DNA of 64,000 bases from Candidatus Pacearchaeota archaeon (GTDB lineage: Archaea > Nanobdellota > Nanobdellia > Pacearchaeales > GW2011-AR1). How positions within the stretch are numbered: position 1 is the stretch's first letter; each line of letters begins with the position of its first letter. Shown here piece after piece: positions 9,266 through 18,643 of the stretch. The position numbers and the translations under genes were made by a program. A model generated the notes under the pieces. The model saw only the letters and a list, made by a program, of their open reading frames with translations. It had not been told where the DNA came from and did not search any database. The stretch covers positions 1,411 through 65,410 of the forward strand of contig JAGVWX010000019.1 in NCBI GenBank assembly GCA_018304105.1, written 5' to 3'.

Positions 9266-10303
9266 ATGAATAAGTTTTTTATTCTAACACTAACGATTAC
9301 AAGTATTTTACTATTTAGCACGGGGGTTTTTGCTTTTAGCACGACGACTTACTTACAATCTCAGGGAGTTGGTTCTTATGCACAGTTATCTCCAAATCAC
9401 GTAACTTCTGGAGTTCAGTCAGTAGACCTATATGCTCCATTCGATAATGCAAATGGTCCGGAAGGTCGAGTAAGAATACAATTTAATGAACCCGTAACTC
9501 TGAATGATATAGCAAATATTTCTTGGCAGCAATATGTTGCACAAGGATATGCATCCCATGTCGACGTCAAAATTGATACAGACAACAATGGAACCGAAGA
9601 TGATGCATTAGTATTCGAGTATGCTAAAGTTAGTTCTGCTAATTGTGATGCAACACCTTATCCTACTGGACAAATGAATACTTTTGGAACTTTGGGTATC
9701 GTAAATAATGCGGCTATGGCCTGGTTATCATCAGGAGATGCAGGACCCTGCGGCGGCAGTCCGACTTTTTATTGGCATTCGTTAACAGACTGGAAATTAG
9801 GAAATAACACAAACGGTATTAACGGTAGCACCAAGGTAACCGCTTTCGAAATTGAAGTCGATGGATGGATTGAACAATCCGAGGCATTCATTGATGATGT
9901 AATGCTTAATGGGCAGCTCATTCAGAACTTTGAAGGAACGCAAATCGGTTCTGGCGAGGTCGGCACAGATTTCACGTTTTTGGCTAATCCAAATCCATTG
10001 AATTTTGGGACAATCGTTGCTGGGCATTCCGGCGTGGCTGTTTCGACATTAACAGTTGGGGCATCTAATTTGAAAGTTCAGAATGTAGCTGTAACTTCAA
10101 TTATCGGAACTGTCTTTAATGGAACAAATGTGCTTTTTAGTCAGAATGGAGGAATTAGCTACATGTCTGCACCGAGTTGGACACCGTTATCAATTCCCCA
10201 CAATACAGTTTCTAATCTGCATGTGAAGTTAACAATTCCATCTGGAACTCCTTCTGGAGCATTTAGCGGACAAATAGTGTATACTGTTATGGAAGCAATC
10301 TAA
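9266..10303 (+). CDS. secreted hypothetical protein (first of a three-gene surface operon)
   Basis: Signal peptide (ILTLTITSILLFSTGVFA). An SD-like aggagg lies 9 nt upstream of the ATG. No recognisable domain. Confidence 0.55.
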   Translation: MNKFFILTLTITSILLFSTGVFAFSTTTYLQSQGVGSYAQLSPNHVTSGVQSVDLYAPFDNANGPEGRVRIQFNEPVTLNDIANISWQQYVAQGYASHVDVKIDTDNNGTEDDALVFEYAKVSSANCDATPYPTGQMNTFGTLGIVNNAAMAWLSSGDAGPCGGSPTFYWHSLTDWKLGNNTNGINGSTKVTAFEIEVDGWIEQSEAFIDDVMLNGQLIQNFEGTQIGSGEVGTDFTFLANPNPLNFGTIVAGHSGVAVSTLTVGASNLKVQNVAVTSIIGTVFNGTNVLFSQNGGISYMSAPSWTPLSIPHNTVSNLHVKLTIPSGTPSGAFSGQIVYTVMEAI

Positions 10304-10304
10304 T

Positions 10305-11048
10305 ATGAAAGTTCAAATTTTTTCTTTTTTCTTTTTTATATTGGTTTTCTCTAGCTTGGTTGGCGCGTCATTGCAGTTAGACAGGGGAAGCTTGGTTTTC
10401 AGTCTCGGCTTAAACGAAAGAGCTTGCAAGACAGTAAGAATTTCGTCGGGCGATTATTTCGGGGGAATTCAAATCAAAGATATATGGGCGGGGACTCCTG
10501 ACGAAGCAAGGAATTTTGGGGCGTATAATTTTACTTCGGAGGATCATGGCCTTTCAATTTCTTATGCTAAGCCAATTAGTAACCTTCAGAATTCTGTTGA
10601 TGAAGAAGTTTGTTTGGAAGGTTCGAAGCTGGGAGATTACAAAGGAGCGATAATTTTTACTCCAGAATCATCTGAGCAGATTAATGTTGAAATTGGAACA
10701 TGGCTTTTAGTTCATGTTTCCGAAAATCCGCAAGAATTAACTGAAAAACAAATGTCTGTTTTTAGTTCTGGAAGCGGAAGCGGCAGTTCAGCTTTATCTG
10801 GACAGAAAGTGTCTGATGAAACAGTGAGCAAAACGAATGGGAATTTTGACACTTTAGCTTACACACGCGAGGGGCAGCAAGAAGCATCGTCTCCTATAAT
10901 CGGAACAGTTGTTAACGAAGACGGCTCATCCAGAAATACTGTTATTAGCATCATAGTCATATTCATTGTCGCAATTGCGCTTGCGATGTTTTTTATTCAG
11001 CGCAGGAGAAGAATAGCGAGAAATCCATGGTTAAATTCTCAATATTAA
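10305..11048 (+). CDS. secreted protein with C-terminal TM anchor
   Basis: Starts 1 nt after the previous stop. Signal peptide, Ser/Gly linker, C-terminal helix VISIIVIFIVAIALAMFFI followed by QRRRR. Confidence 0.55.
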   Translation: MKVQIFSFFFFILVFSSLVGASLQLDRGSLVFSLGLNERACKTVRISSGDYFGGIQIKDIWAGTPDEARNFGAYNFTSEDHGLSISYAKPISNLQNSVDEEVCLEGSKLGDYKGAIIFTPESSEQINVEIGTWLLVHVSENPQELTEKQMSVFSSGSGSGSSALSGQKVSDETVSKTNGNFDTLAYTREGQQEASSPIIGTVVNEDGSSRNTVISIIVIFIVAIALAMFFIQRRRRIARNPWLNSQY

Positions 11049-11971
11049 TTATAGGCATATTGGTATTCTCAGTAGGAATAGTTGGAGCGGTAGGAAGCAT
11101 CACAGCAACGCAGAACCTTACAGTTATGGTTGTAGGCGCTCTACATGAAATTTTCGTTACATCGCCAGTTGATGGAACGATTTATACTTCCAGAGTTGTT
11201 TGGGTCAATGTAAGCACGGGTGCTGATATTGTTGGCTATATCAAATATAGGGACAATGATAAAAACTCAGAAGTTACTTTGTGCAGAAACTGCAATGCAT
11301 CGTCGAAGAGAAAACCGTTTGACGAAGGATTTCATGATGTTTTATTTAGCGCAGCCATGCCAGAAGGACTGATATACAAGCATGTTAAATTCTGGGTTGA
11401 CAGCAAGGTGCCTGTAATAAAGAAAGTTGGCCCGAGAAAAGGATTCTGGTTTGAGGACTACATGATTCAGTTTTATGAAGTAAATCCGAAGCAGGTTCTT
11501 CTGGCATATGGAAATAACATAACAGGATACAGGACGGAAGAGGTAAACATTTCATTATGCACTGTGAAAAGAGATACTTGGACATGCAATGGCAATGTTA
11601 GTTTAGCAGACTACGATTTGGAAAAAGTAGACTATTGGTTTAGCGTTTATGATATTGCGTCGCACAGCGCTCTTTCAAAAATTAAGACTCTGGACGTTGA
11701 TTCTTCATCGCCAATTATAGAAGATTTGAATTATTCGCTTGATGGGCGGGAGGTTAGTTTTGCGATTGACATTGATGAACTAAATTTCAAAGTAGCCAGT
11801 TACAAGGATAGTTTAATAAAAAAGCCGAAGGAGATTGTTCTGTGTCGGGGCCTGAAGGATGGTAAATGTTTGTCCAATAAAAGATTTGCGAATGGAAATC
11901 ATAGCCTTCTTTTGACAGTCAGAGATAAAGCGGGGAATTCTGCAAACGAGACGATTTTTTTTGTTGTTTGA
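11027..11971 (+). CDS. secreted hypothetical protein
   Basis: Overlaps the previous gene by 22 nt. Signal peptide ILIIGILVFSVGIVGA, N-glycosylation sequons, conserved Cys pairs. Confidence 0.55.
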   Translation: MVKFSILIIGILVFSVGIVGAVGSITATQNLTVMVVGALHEIFVTSPVDGTIYTSRVVWVNVSTGADIVGYIKYRDNDKNSEVTLCRNCNASSKRKPFDEGFHDVLFSAAMPEGLIYKHVKFWVDSKVPVIKKVGPRKGFWFEDYMIQFYEVNPKQVLLAYGNNITGYRTEEVNISLCTVKRDTWTCNGNVSLADYDLEKVDYWFSVYDIASHSALSKIKTLDVDSSSPIIEDLNYSLDGREVSFAIDIDELNFKVASYKDSLIKKPKEIVLCRGLKDGKCLSNKRFANGNHSLLLTVRDKAGNSANETIFFVV

Positions 11972-12023
11972 TTGAACCTACATACGTGGAAATGTTTTTA
12001 TATGGATATTTAATTGAAAGAGC

Positions 12024-12497
12024 ATGCCATTTAAAGACAGATTAGTTGTGGGATTGGGCGGAGGGCCGATTCCGGGAAAGTTTTATTTTCATACTAATGG
12101 GAGAGATGCCTATGGGATGTATGAGTCCAGTCAAGTAATGGGCGCGATGGAACATTTACGAGAAGCTTTAAGGCAGACTGGAGAGCCGAGAGAATTGTTT
12201 TACAAGGACTGGGAGTTTATGGTTGGAGCTATGTGGGGAGACCGTGGACAAAGGGTGATGGATGTTTTCGGGGCGACGGAAAAAGAGATATTGTCCGGAA
12301 ATCCTGAAATTGAAGGCTGGGTTGTAAGGGAAGGTGTTGCCAGGAGGGAAAAGGGCATTTCATGTTTAGAAGGTTTGGGTTTGGCAGTTGCAGAGTTTCG
12401 CCTTAGAGTAAATAGCGACAGTTTATTGGCATATTTGCAAGCAGACATGCCGAAGCTGCCATTTGTTTCTGGCGATACGCATGTAATTAGGATGTAG
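12024..12497 (+). CDS. hypothetical cytoplasmic protein
   Basis: 157-aa ORF with no TM segment and visibly higher GC than its neighbours. No recognisable motif. Confidence 0.45.
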   Translation: MPFKDRLVVGLGGGPIPGKFYFHTNGRDAYGMYESSQVMGAMEHLREALRQTGEPRELFYKDWEFMVGAMWGDRGQRVMDVFGATEKEILSGNPEIEGWVVREGVARREKGISCLEGLGLAVAEFRLRVNSDSLLAYLQADMPKLPFVSGDTHVIRM

Positions 12498-12915
12498 GAA
12501 GTTTTAAAAACTCACAATCTTTTTTTTGAATATGACAACTAAAACTTGGGGGTATCCCCATTGGCATCACAAGAAGTGATTTATTTAGTTGTGACTTTGA
12601 TTGCGAATTTGATACAGATTCTAGCTTAAATTTACAGGTCCCAGCCATCGCCCAAGAAATTGTAATACCTAACTCCTCGTCGGACAGAGTGGTTGTGGAT
12701 GTTTTCAGTTTTGATGGTGTTAGAAGTTTTCTTTTAAGTAATGCAGGGTTTTCGCTTCGCTCAAAAAATTATAATGCCACCAAAAACCCCGAACAGAGGG
12801 GTTGTGAGTTGATGTTTGATTTTTCCTTGAGTTTGGAAGAAGCTGAAGATATCAGACAGTTAAGCGACATAACAAATAATTTTATAATCTCATTTGGAGA
12901 TATAATTAAATATAT

Positions 12916-12988
12916 GGCGATTGTAGTTCAACGGTTAGAACGTACGACTGTGGCTCGTAAGACGAGAGTTCGACTCTCTCCTTTCGCT
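12916..12988 (+). tRNA. tRNA-His (anticodon GTG) candidate with imperfect acceptor stem
   Basis: Cloverleaf by eye. Acceptor GCGATTG/CTTTCGC pairs at 5 of 7 positions, with two U-U mismatches. D arm GTTC-AACGGTTA-GAAC. Anticodon arm TACGA-CTGTGGC-TCGTA. T arm GAGAG-TTCGACT-CTCTC. Extra 5' G at 12916. An AT-rich TATA-like tract lies upstream. Confidence 0.6.
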
Positions 12989-13126
12989 TCGAATGAAATG
13001 AGAAGAGAAAATGATCGGCCGGAGGTCGGGCTTTTCGCTTTCAGCGAAGCTGAACTGGAATGGAAAAATGAAAATGTGCAAGTTTCGCAGCTAAATCTTT
13101 ATAAATTCATGGAGGTTTAATAAAAT

Positions 13127-13309
13127 ATGGCACAAGAAATGAATCTAGACGTGAAGGAAATATTGACCAGGTTGGCAAGGCTTCAGGCAGATGTAGAATA
13201 TATTAAGTCCAATATGAAATTGGAAGACGAACTGAAAGAAGAGATGAAGGCGTGGGAAGAAACGGGCGCGGAAGACTGTGCTAATTTTCTTGAAAAACAT
13301 AATTTATAA
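13127..13309 (+). CDS. putative antitoxin partner of MazF
   Basis: 60-aa helical, acidic protein. Its TAA stop overlaps the ATG of the MazF-like gene by 1 nt. TATA ctttataaat lies ~25 nt upstream. Confidence 0.55.
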   Translation: MAQEMNLDVKEILTRLARLQADVEYIKSNMKLEDELKEEMKAWEETGAEDCANFLEKHNL

Positions 13310-13638
13310 TGGATAAAGGAGAATTGTGGGTTGTGTCGTTTCCTTTGAGAAAGGGAAGGGAGCAGAGCGGAAATCGGCCTGCCGTTATTATGGCGGATAC
13401 GATGACCGATATAGTATTGGCTGTTCCATTAACATCTAACTTGCAGGCTCTAGAAGAGTTTTCTTTTACGCTTGGGATTAGGAAATCTCAGCGAAACCAG
13501 CTGGATAAAGATTCTGTTGCGTTGATTTTTCAATTGCAAGCAGTTGATAAAAAGAGGCTTGTTCATAAAATGGGAAATTTGGAGGATTCCGATTTGGAGC
13601 AAATTAATAAAAAGCTAAGAGATTTATTGAAACTATGA
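13309..13638 (+). CDS. mazF: MazF/PemK family endoribonuclease toxin
   Basis: 109 aa. GELWVVSFPLRKGREQSGNRPAVIM...VLAVPLTSN matches the PemK/MazF pattern. Confidence 0.85.
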   Translation: MDKGELWVVSFPLRKGREQSGNRPAVIMADTMTDIVLAVPLTSNLQALEEFSFTLGIRKSQRNQLDKDSVALIFQLQAVDKKRLVHKMGNLEDSDLEQINKKLRDLLKL

Positions 13639-14864
13639 AAATGGAAGTATCAAAAGTTAAGGGATTTCAGGATGTTTTGCCGCCTGAAAGTCTGAAGAAG
13701 GCAAGAGTGAAGGAAGTTATTGAGAAATGGTTTAGGCTTTATGGGTTTGTGCCTTGGGAGACGCCGGTTGTTGAGTATGACGAGCTGATGAGACCGGACA
13801 ATTTACCTAGCGAAGGAGTTGATGAGGCAGTTTCGGACAGGTTTAAGCTGCAGGACAGGGGAGGAAGAAATCTTGGACTTAGATACGAATTTACTTTTCA
13901 GCTTTCTAGGATTTTGAAAGAGAATCCGAATATGAAAATGCCGATTAAGAGATATCAAATTGGGGAAGTTTTCAGGGATGAGCCGATTTCTGCGAGGAGA
14001 TTCAGGCAGCTCACGCAGTGCGATGTTGATATTATTGGAGACGCTACAATAAATCCGGATGCTGAGGTCTTGGCTTGCTTTGCTGACATCTTGAAAGAGT
14101 TGAAAGTTGAGTTTGAGATTGTTGTGAATAACAGGAAACTTCTTGAGTCGATTATTGACAGTGTTGAAATTCAGAACGTTAAAGGAGTCATGAGAGAATT
14201 AGACAAGATGGACAAGACGGGAATTGATGAAGTAAAAGCTAATTTGAGAAAGTATGCAGAGGCGAATCAGATTATTACGCTGTTGAGGCTGCTTGAGAAA
14301 GATTTGGCTTTCTTCAAAGAGAATGGATTTGATGGGGTTGACGAGCTGGTTGAGTTGATGGAACTTTGCAAAGCTTACGGCGTGAAGATCAATTTTAATC
14401 CTGGTTTAATTAGAGGGTTTGGATATTACACTGGAAATGTTTTTGAGATTAGAGTTAAAGACAGCAAAGATTCTATCGCTGGAGGCGGAAGGTATGATAA
14501 GAGCGTTGGAAAATATCTTGGAAGAGAGATTCCAGCTGTTGGAATTTCATTCGGGCTTGAGAGAGTTACTGAAATGGCGAGTGTGAAAATGGATGGATTT
14601 CCTAAAGTGCTAATTCTAAGTATTGAGCAGGACTTGGCGGCGATTAAACTTGTTGTAAAGTTAAGGAAGGAAGGGATTTCTTCAGGAATTGATTTCAGGA
14701 AAGTCGGGAAAGGAATGGATTATGCGAACGCAATGAAAATTCCTTATGTTGTTTTTCTCGGGGAAAGCGAAGTCGGAAGCAAAAAGTACAAGTTGAAGAA
14801 CATGGAAACGGGGAAGGAAGAGCTGTTGAGCGAATCTGGGTTGATTAAGAAACTGGGGAAGTAG
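13635..14864 (+). CDS. hisS: histidine--tRNA ligase (class II)
   Basis: 409 aa. VKGFQD N-terminus, motif 2 YQIGEVFRDE, HisRS signature AGGGRYD, AVGISFGLERV, C-terminal anticodon-binding-like domain. Confidence 0.85.
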   Translation: MKMEVSKVKGFQDVLPPESLKKARVKEVIEKWFRLYGFVPWETPVVEYDELMRPDNLPSEGVDEAVSDRFKLQDRGGRNLGLRYEFTFQLSRILKENPNMKMPIKRYQIGEVFRDEPISARRFRQLTQCDVDIIGDATINPDAEVLACFADILKELKVEFEIVVNNRKLLESIIDSVEIQNVKGVMRELDKMDKTGIDEVKANLRKYAEANQIITLLRLLEKDLAFFKENGFDGVDELVELMELCKAYGVKINFNPGLIRGFGYYTGNVFEIRVKDSKDSIAGGGRYDKSVGKYLGREIPAVGISFGLERVTEMASVKMDGFPKVLILSIEQDLAAIKLVVKLRKEGISSGIDFRKVGKGMDYANAMKIPYVVFLGESEVGSKKYKLKNMETGKEELLSESGLIKKLGK

Positions 14865-14887
14865 ACGACCTTGTGAGCGATAGATAA

Positions 14888-14904
14888 CGAAAGTGTTAAA
14901 TAAT
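14888..14904 (+). promoter_or_regulatory. consensus BRE/TATA promoter (cgaaagtgttaaataat)
   Basis: One mismatch to the 17-mer shared by 24010, 35046 and 39775. Exactly 20 nt to the ATG at 14924. Confidence 0.6.
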
Positions 14905-14923
14905 CTTGACGTCTTTTAGGAAT

Positions 14924-15127
14924 ATGACAGAAACAGCAAGCATAGAAAAAGTGTATATGGAACTTCTTGCGTTGAAGAAGGAGATAGATTTTATAAAAAC
15001 GCGCATTATGGATATAGAAGTTGTTATGACTTCTGAGGAAGAAGCTCAATTGGAAGACGCTCTTGAGCAGCACAAAAAGGGAAAAACAAAGAAACTGGAA
15101 GATTTGAAAAAAGAATTGGGTGATTAA
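14924..15127 (+). CDS. putative antitoxin partner of RelE
   Basis: 67 aa from the ATG at 14924; the listed ORF starts at an upstream TTG. Helical, acidic. Overlaps the RelE GTG start by 8 nt. Confidence 0.55.
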   Translation: MTETASIEKVYMELLALKKEIDFIKTRIMDIEVVMTSEEEAQLEDALEQHKKGKTKKLEDLKKELGD

Positions 15128-15383
15128 GGTGTTTGAAATTTTCTTCGGTTCTCAGCCAGAAAAATTTCTTAAAAAGGCTGAGAAAGAATTAAGGGAAAGA
15201 CTTTGGGATAAGCTAGATGAATTGAAATTAAATCCGTTTCCCTCTGATGTTGTTAGAGTTGTTGGCACGAAAGAAAAGGCGTTTCGGGTGAGAGTTGGAG
15301 GCTATAGGATACAATATTATGTTTTTCAGGATAAAAAGGAGATACTTGTTTTTGACATTGATAAAAGGGGAAGAGCGTATTAA
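15120..15383 (+). CDS. relE: RelE/ParE family toxin
   Basis: 87 aa. FRVRVGGYRIQYYVFQDKKEILVFDIDKRGRAY is the typical RelE C-terminal pattern. Confidence 0.8.
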   Translation: MIKVFEIFFGSQPEKFLKKAEKELRERLWDKLDELKLNPFPSDVVRVVGTKEKAFRVRVGGYRIQYYVFQDKKEILVFDIDKRGRAY

Positions 15384-15414
15384 TTGTTCTTTCACCCGCT
15401 AAGTTAACAAAAGA

Positions 15415-16278
15415 CTAGCAATCCAAAAGATTGACTTTCATGTTTATTACGTCGAGGGTTTGGCCGTCAATTGAGATTGTTGACTTGGCTTTGTCAAGTG
15501 TTATTACTGCAGATTCTTTGTATGTAACAGAGTGTTCCCTGATTTCCCCGGAGACGTAGAATTTTATTTTGTTCGGGCCGATTTGCTGTGCGCTGTTGAC
15601 GTTATAAGTGTAAGATATTCTGTTGCTGTTTTGGGCCGTGAAGGAACCCCTTCCCAAGGAAGCTTTTCCGGACGGAACATAAAGGTTCAAACGGTTGCGT
15701 TTGGTGTAAGTGTTTTCGCCGATATTTGTGGTGCCGCCGGTTGCTCTGACAGAACAGATTTGAACTGATTTAGGAGAGCGAACTATTATCTCCTTTTTTG
15801 AACTTTCGAGTTCTATGCCGGGTGTTGTTACAAGATACTTCGAAGTGTATTTGCCTGGAAGAAGCGAGACTGAATTAATTGAAACATTGTATTTTAAAGC
15901 GCCGGGAAGATATCCCTGATCGTAACCGTAACCATATCCATAACTATAACCGTATCCAAACTGATAATCGGAAGTTTCAACCTGCTCGATTTCGATTCCA
16001 GGGCAGGAATTAATTAAAGTAGCGTTTGGGAAAAACTCGCAGGAAATTTGCTGCGGGCCGTCAAGAATCAGAGTTAATTTTTGGATGTCGAGAAGTTCTC
16101 CTTCTTTAATTTCGACTGTAATTTGCAAGCCGAGCATCTCGCCCTGGGTGATATCATCGTCGAGGATTGTGAAATTCAAGAAGTATGCGCCGACAGGGCC
16201 AAGCATGAGCAAAGAGAAGATGATGAATAATGTTATGAAAATTGAAATAATCTTTTTATTTAAGAAGTAATTTTTCAT
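15415..16278 (-). CDS. secreted GY-loop surface protein, paralog 1 of 5
   Basis: Signal ending LMLGPVGA. Conserved module ...LTLILDGPQQISCEF...CPGIEI...FGYGYSYGYGYGYDQGY...GALKYNVSI...PGKYTS. Unique C-terminal domain. Confidence 0.75.
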   Translation of the reverse strand: MKNYFLNKKIISIFITLFIIFSLLMLGPVGAYFLNFTILDDDITQGEMLGLQITVEIKEGELLDIQKLTLILDGPQQISCEFFPNATLINSCPGIEIEQVETSDYQFGYGYSYGYGYGYDQGYLPGALKYNVSINSVSLLPGKYTSKYLVTTPGIELESSKKEIIVRSPKSVQICSVRATGGTTNIGENTYTKRNRLNLYVPSGKASLGRGSFTAQNSNRISYTYNVNSAQQIGPNKIKFYVSGEIREHSVTYKESAVITLDKAKSTISIDGQTLDVINMKVNLLDC

Positions 16279-16527
16279 AATTGAAATAATACATTCTTAT
16301 ATATAAATGTATTTCACTTTAAAGAAGTAGTAAAAGTTTAAAAGTTGTTCTTTCTTATTGCCGATTTTTTGTTATTTTTGGGTAATGATTTTTGATGAGT
16401 TTGACTATACGAATTCTCGGTTAAAATAGCTTCAATTGTTATTGCTCACAAGAGACTAGGTCACTCGCTTCGCTCATGAGGCAGCCAGTTCGCTAATTAC
16501 TTTTGACTATTTTGTTGTGGGTAAGAT

Positions 16528-16664
16528 TATGCTCTGTCCGGAATAGGTTTTCTGATTGATTTTATGATTCCCACATATTTCGACTATCGTCGAGTCCCAC
16601 CCTCACCACCCCTCACCTCCGCCCCAAGATGCTAGTAAAATCAATAAACTCCGGACAGAGCATA
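16528..16664. repeat. MITE-like element with 15-bp perfect terminal inverted repeats
   Basis: tatgctctgtccgga (16528-16542) and tccggacagagcata (16650-16664). aagatta is present on both outer sides. The interior carries the C-rich box cccaccctcaccacccctcacctccgcccc. Confidence 0.7.
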
Positions 16665-16740
16665 AGATTAGATAATAATATATGATATTATGGTTTGGGC
16701 TTTATTAATTCTAGGGGCTGTTATTTATTGAGAGAGATAA

Positions 16741-17634
16741 TTATTTTTCTTTTTTGACTGGAGGCATTTGCGGCAATTTTCTGGACTTTCTGGAGCGGAG
16801 ATGGGAATTTTCCCGGACTTTTACGATTATGTTAATTGTTGTTATGATGCAGTTCATCAATAGGAGGATGACGATAAATTGAAGACCTTCTGGTAAACTG
16901 TTGCCCGCAAAATCAATTGAATATCTGGTTTCTGGCTCGATATTGCTTATGCCGAGAGAGTTTAAAGAGGAATCTTCATCCAAGAAGTTTGTGCCGTCTT
17001 CGAGAAGGCAAAGCCTTTCCTGTTCGGGCATTTCTTCAATTTCGCAGGCGTTGAGGTTTCTGTAACATTCTCTGTATTGCATGCCGGCAGAGCAGGATGA
17101 CCAGGAATTGCAGGTCCATTCTTTAGCGCAGGAGCTTCCGTCGCTGTTACCGTCGTCTCTTAATGTTATGGTTTTTCCGGATTGAGTGTAAACTTGGTCA
17201 TTGATTTCGGCTTTGAAAAGAGAGGTATATGTTCCGGGCTTTAGTTTCTTAGTGTCGATTTCAACTTTGTATTTTAAGGTTCCGGGAGCGAAGCCATAAC
17301 CGTAGCCGAAATTATAGTCGTAACCGTAGTTATAGCCAGGATCTTGGATTTTTGTGATTTTTATATTATCGCAACCGTTGAGAGGCTGGCCATCTTTGTC
17401 AAATGTGCATGAAATTTTTTCTCTTCCAGAGAGTTCGAGAATTAATTTATTTATTGAGGGTCTTTCGGTCTGTTCGATGTTTATTTGTGCAGTGAAAGTT
17501 ACCAGCTCGCCTTGTTTGGGTTTTTCTTTGCTTACTAAAAGATTTAACGTGAAACCGTCTACAGGACCAGACATTAGCAATAGAGCTATTACAAATGTTG
17601 TGAATAATAGTGCAAGAATCTTGCTTTTAGCCAT
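16741..17634 (-). CDS. secreted GY-loop surface protein, paralog 2 of 5, with TSP1-like Cys module and TM segment
   Basis: Signal LLMSGPVDG. GYNYGYDYNFGYGYGF loop. GTLKYKVEID...PGTYTS. CAKEWTCNSWSSCSAGMQYRECYRNLNAC. Hydrophobic helix near the C-terminus followed by a basic tail. Confidence 0.75.
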   Translation of the reverse strand: MAKSKILALLFTTFVIALLLMSGPVDGFTLNLLVSKEKPKQGELVTFTAQINIEQTERPSINKLILELSGREKISCTFDKDGQPLNGCDNIKITKIQDPGYNYGYDYNFGYGYGFAPGTLKYKVEIDTKKLKPGTYTSLFKAEINDQVYTQSGKTITLRDDGNSDGSSCAKEWTCNSWSSCSAGMQYRECYRNLNACEIEEMPEQERLCLLEDGTNFLDEDSSLNSLGISNIEPETRYSIDFAGNSLPEGLQFIVILLLMNCIITTINIIVKVRENSHLRSRKSRKLPQMPPVKKEK

Positions 17635-17775
17635 GCCCTTTTAGATTAGGCGAACTTTTTAAATGTTGCGGCTGTTGTAATTATAGAATGGTATCTATTA
17701 TAATTTTAATTGATATGTTACTAAATAGTGGTAGCAAATAATAAAGTTTAAATAGATGTTGTACTTGAGCAGATT

Positions 17776-18231
17776 ATGGTAAATAGAAGCAAAGCGAATA
17801 GTCAGAATTCTTGGATGAAGTGGAGAGAATTCGGAGCAGTCGGAGACAGATACGGAAGAGTAGCCGGAGAAGCATACGCGTTTTTTGATTGCAATGCGAG
17901 CGGTGAGCAAATTGGGCAAGAGCTGCCGACTATCCGAGAATTAGTTAAAACTCCGAAGGGATTGGTGCTTCGCTTGTCTGAGGAAGGGCTGCCATATCTT
18001 GGTCCAAATACTTTTGATGATGAACTATTGAATATTTATTCAGATGCTCAAGAAGCAGGGATGAGATATAGTCTTGCAGCGAGAGGCCTTCCGACTATGA
18101 CTAACCGCCAGACCGCTGACGAATTGGCTGCTATCTTGAATCAGGCTTATCAATCACCGCTGTATGAAGATGGAGAGACTTTCAGGGGAAGAGTTTTTTA
18201 CAAGGATGGGGAAAGATACGAAGATAGATAA
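17776..18231 (+). CDS. hypothetical cytoplasmic protein
   Basis: 151-aa ORF with no TM segment and no recognisable motif. Interrupts the GY-protein cluster. Confidence 0.45.
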   Translation: MVNRSKANSQNSWMKWREFGAVGDRYGRVAGEAYAFFDCNASGEQIGQELPTIRELVKTPKGLVLRLSEEGLPYLGPNTFDDELLNIYSDAQEAGMRYSLAARGLPTMTNRQTADELAAILNQAYQSPLYEDGETFRGRVFYKDGERYEDR

Positions 18232-18285
18232 ACTATAAATAAGGGCTTTAGAGTGAAGACCTTATTAGAATTAAATAAATAGAAT

Positions 18286-18528
18286 CTATAGAAAATATCT
18301 TTCTTCTAAATTAACTTTCATTTTAGAGAGTACAGGATTTTTCACATTAGATTTTATTTTTTCAATCTTTACATCGGGCAAAATCTTTTCCAAATAGCTA
18401 TTAATTAATGAAATATCTCCTCCAGAGGTAACTGCAAAACGAACCGCATTTTCACTATCCCCTGAATTTTCCACTAAAACGTTTTTGTTATTCTCTAAAC
18501 AAAGTTTCCTAATTCTCCCTCTTAACAT
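18286..18528 (-). CDS. small hypothetical protein
   Basis: 80-aa ORF. An in-frame upstream extension of 14 codons lacks a canonical start, so the N-terminus is uncertain. Confidence 0.35.
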   Translation of the reverse strand: MLRGRIRKLCLENNKNVLVENSGDSENAVRFAVTSGGDISLINSYLEKILPDVKIEKIKSNVKNPVLSKMKVNLEERYFL

Positions 18529-18643
18529 GATTTTGGTTAATGGAGACGATTTAGTAGTGATTTCATAAACATCCTAGTCTATAAGTTTTTCTGACATAAA
18601 TTTTAACATCTTTTATTATTAATAAATTTATCAGTTAAAGGTT

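Noticed and set aside
12689-13120. 143-aa ORF on the plus strand.
   Set aside because: It runs straight through the tRNA-His-like gene and its promoter, and has no coding-like features. ORF 59551..59787 is rejected for the same reason over the tRNA-Ser locus.
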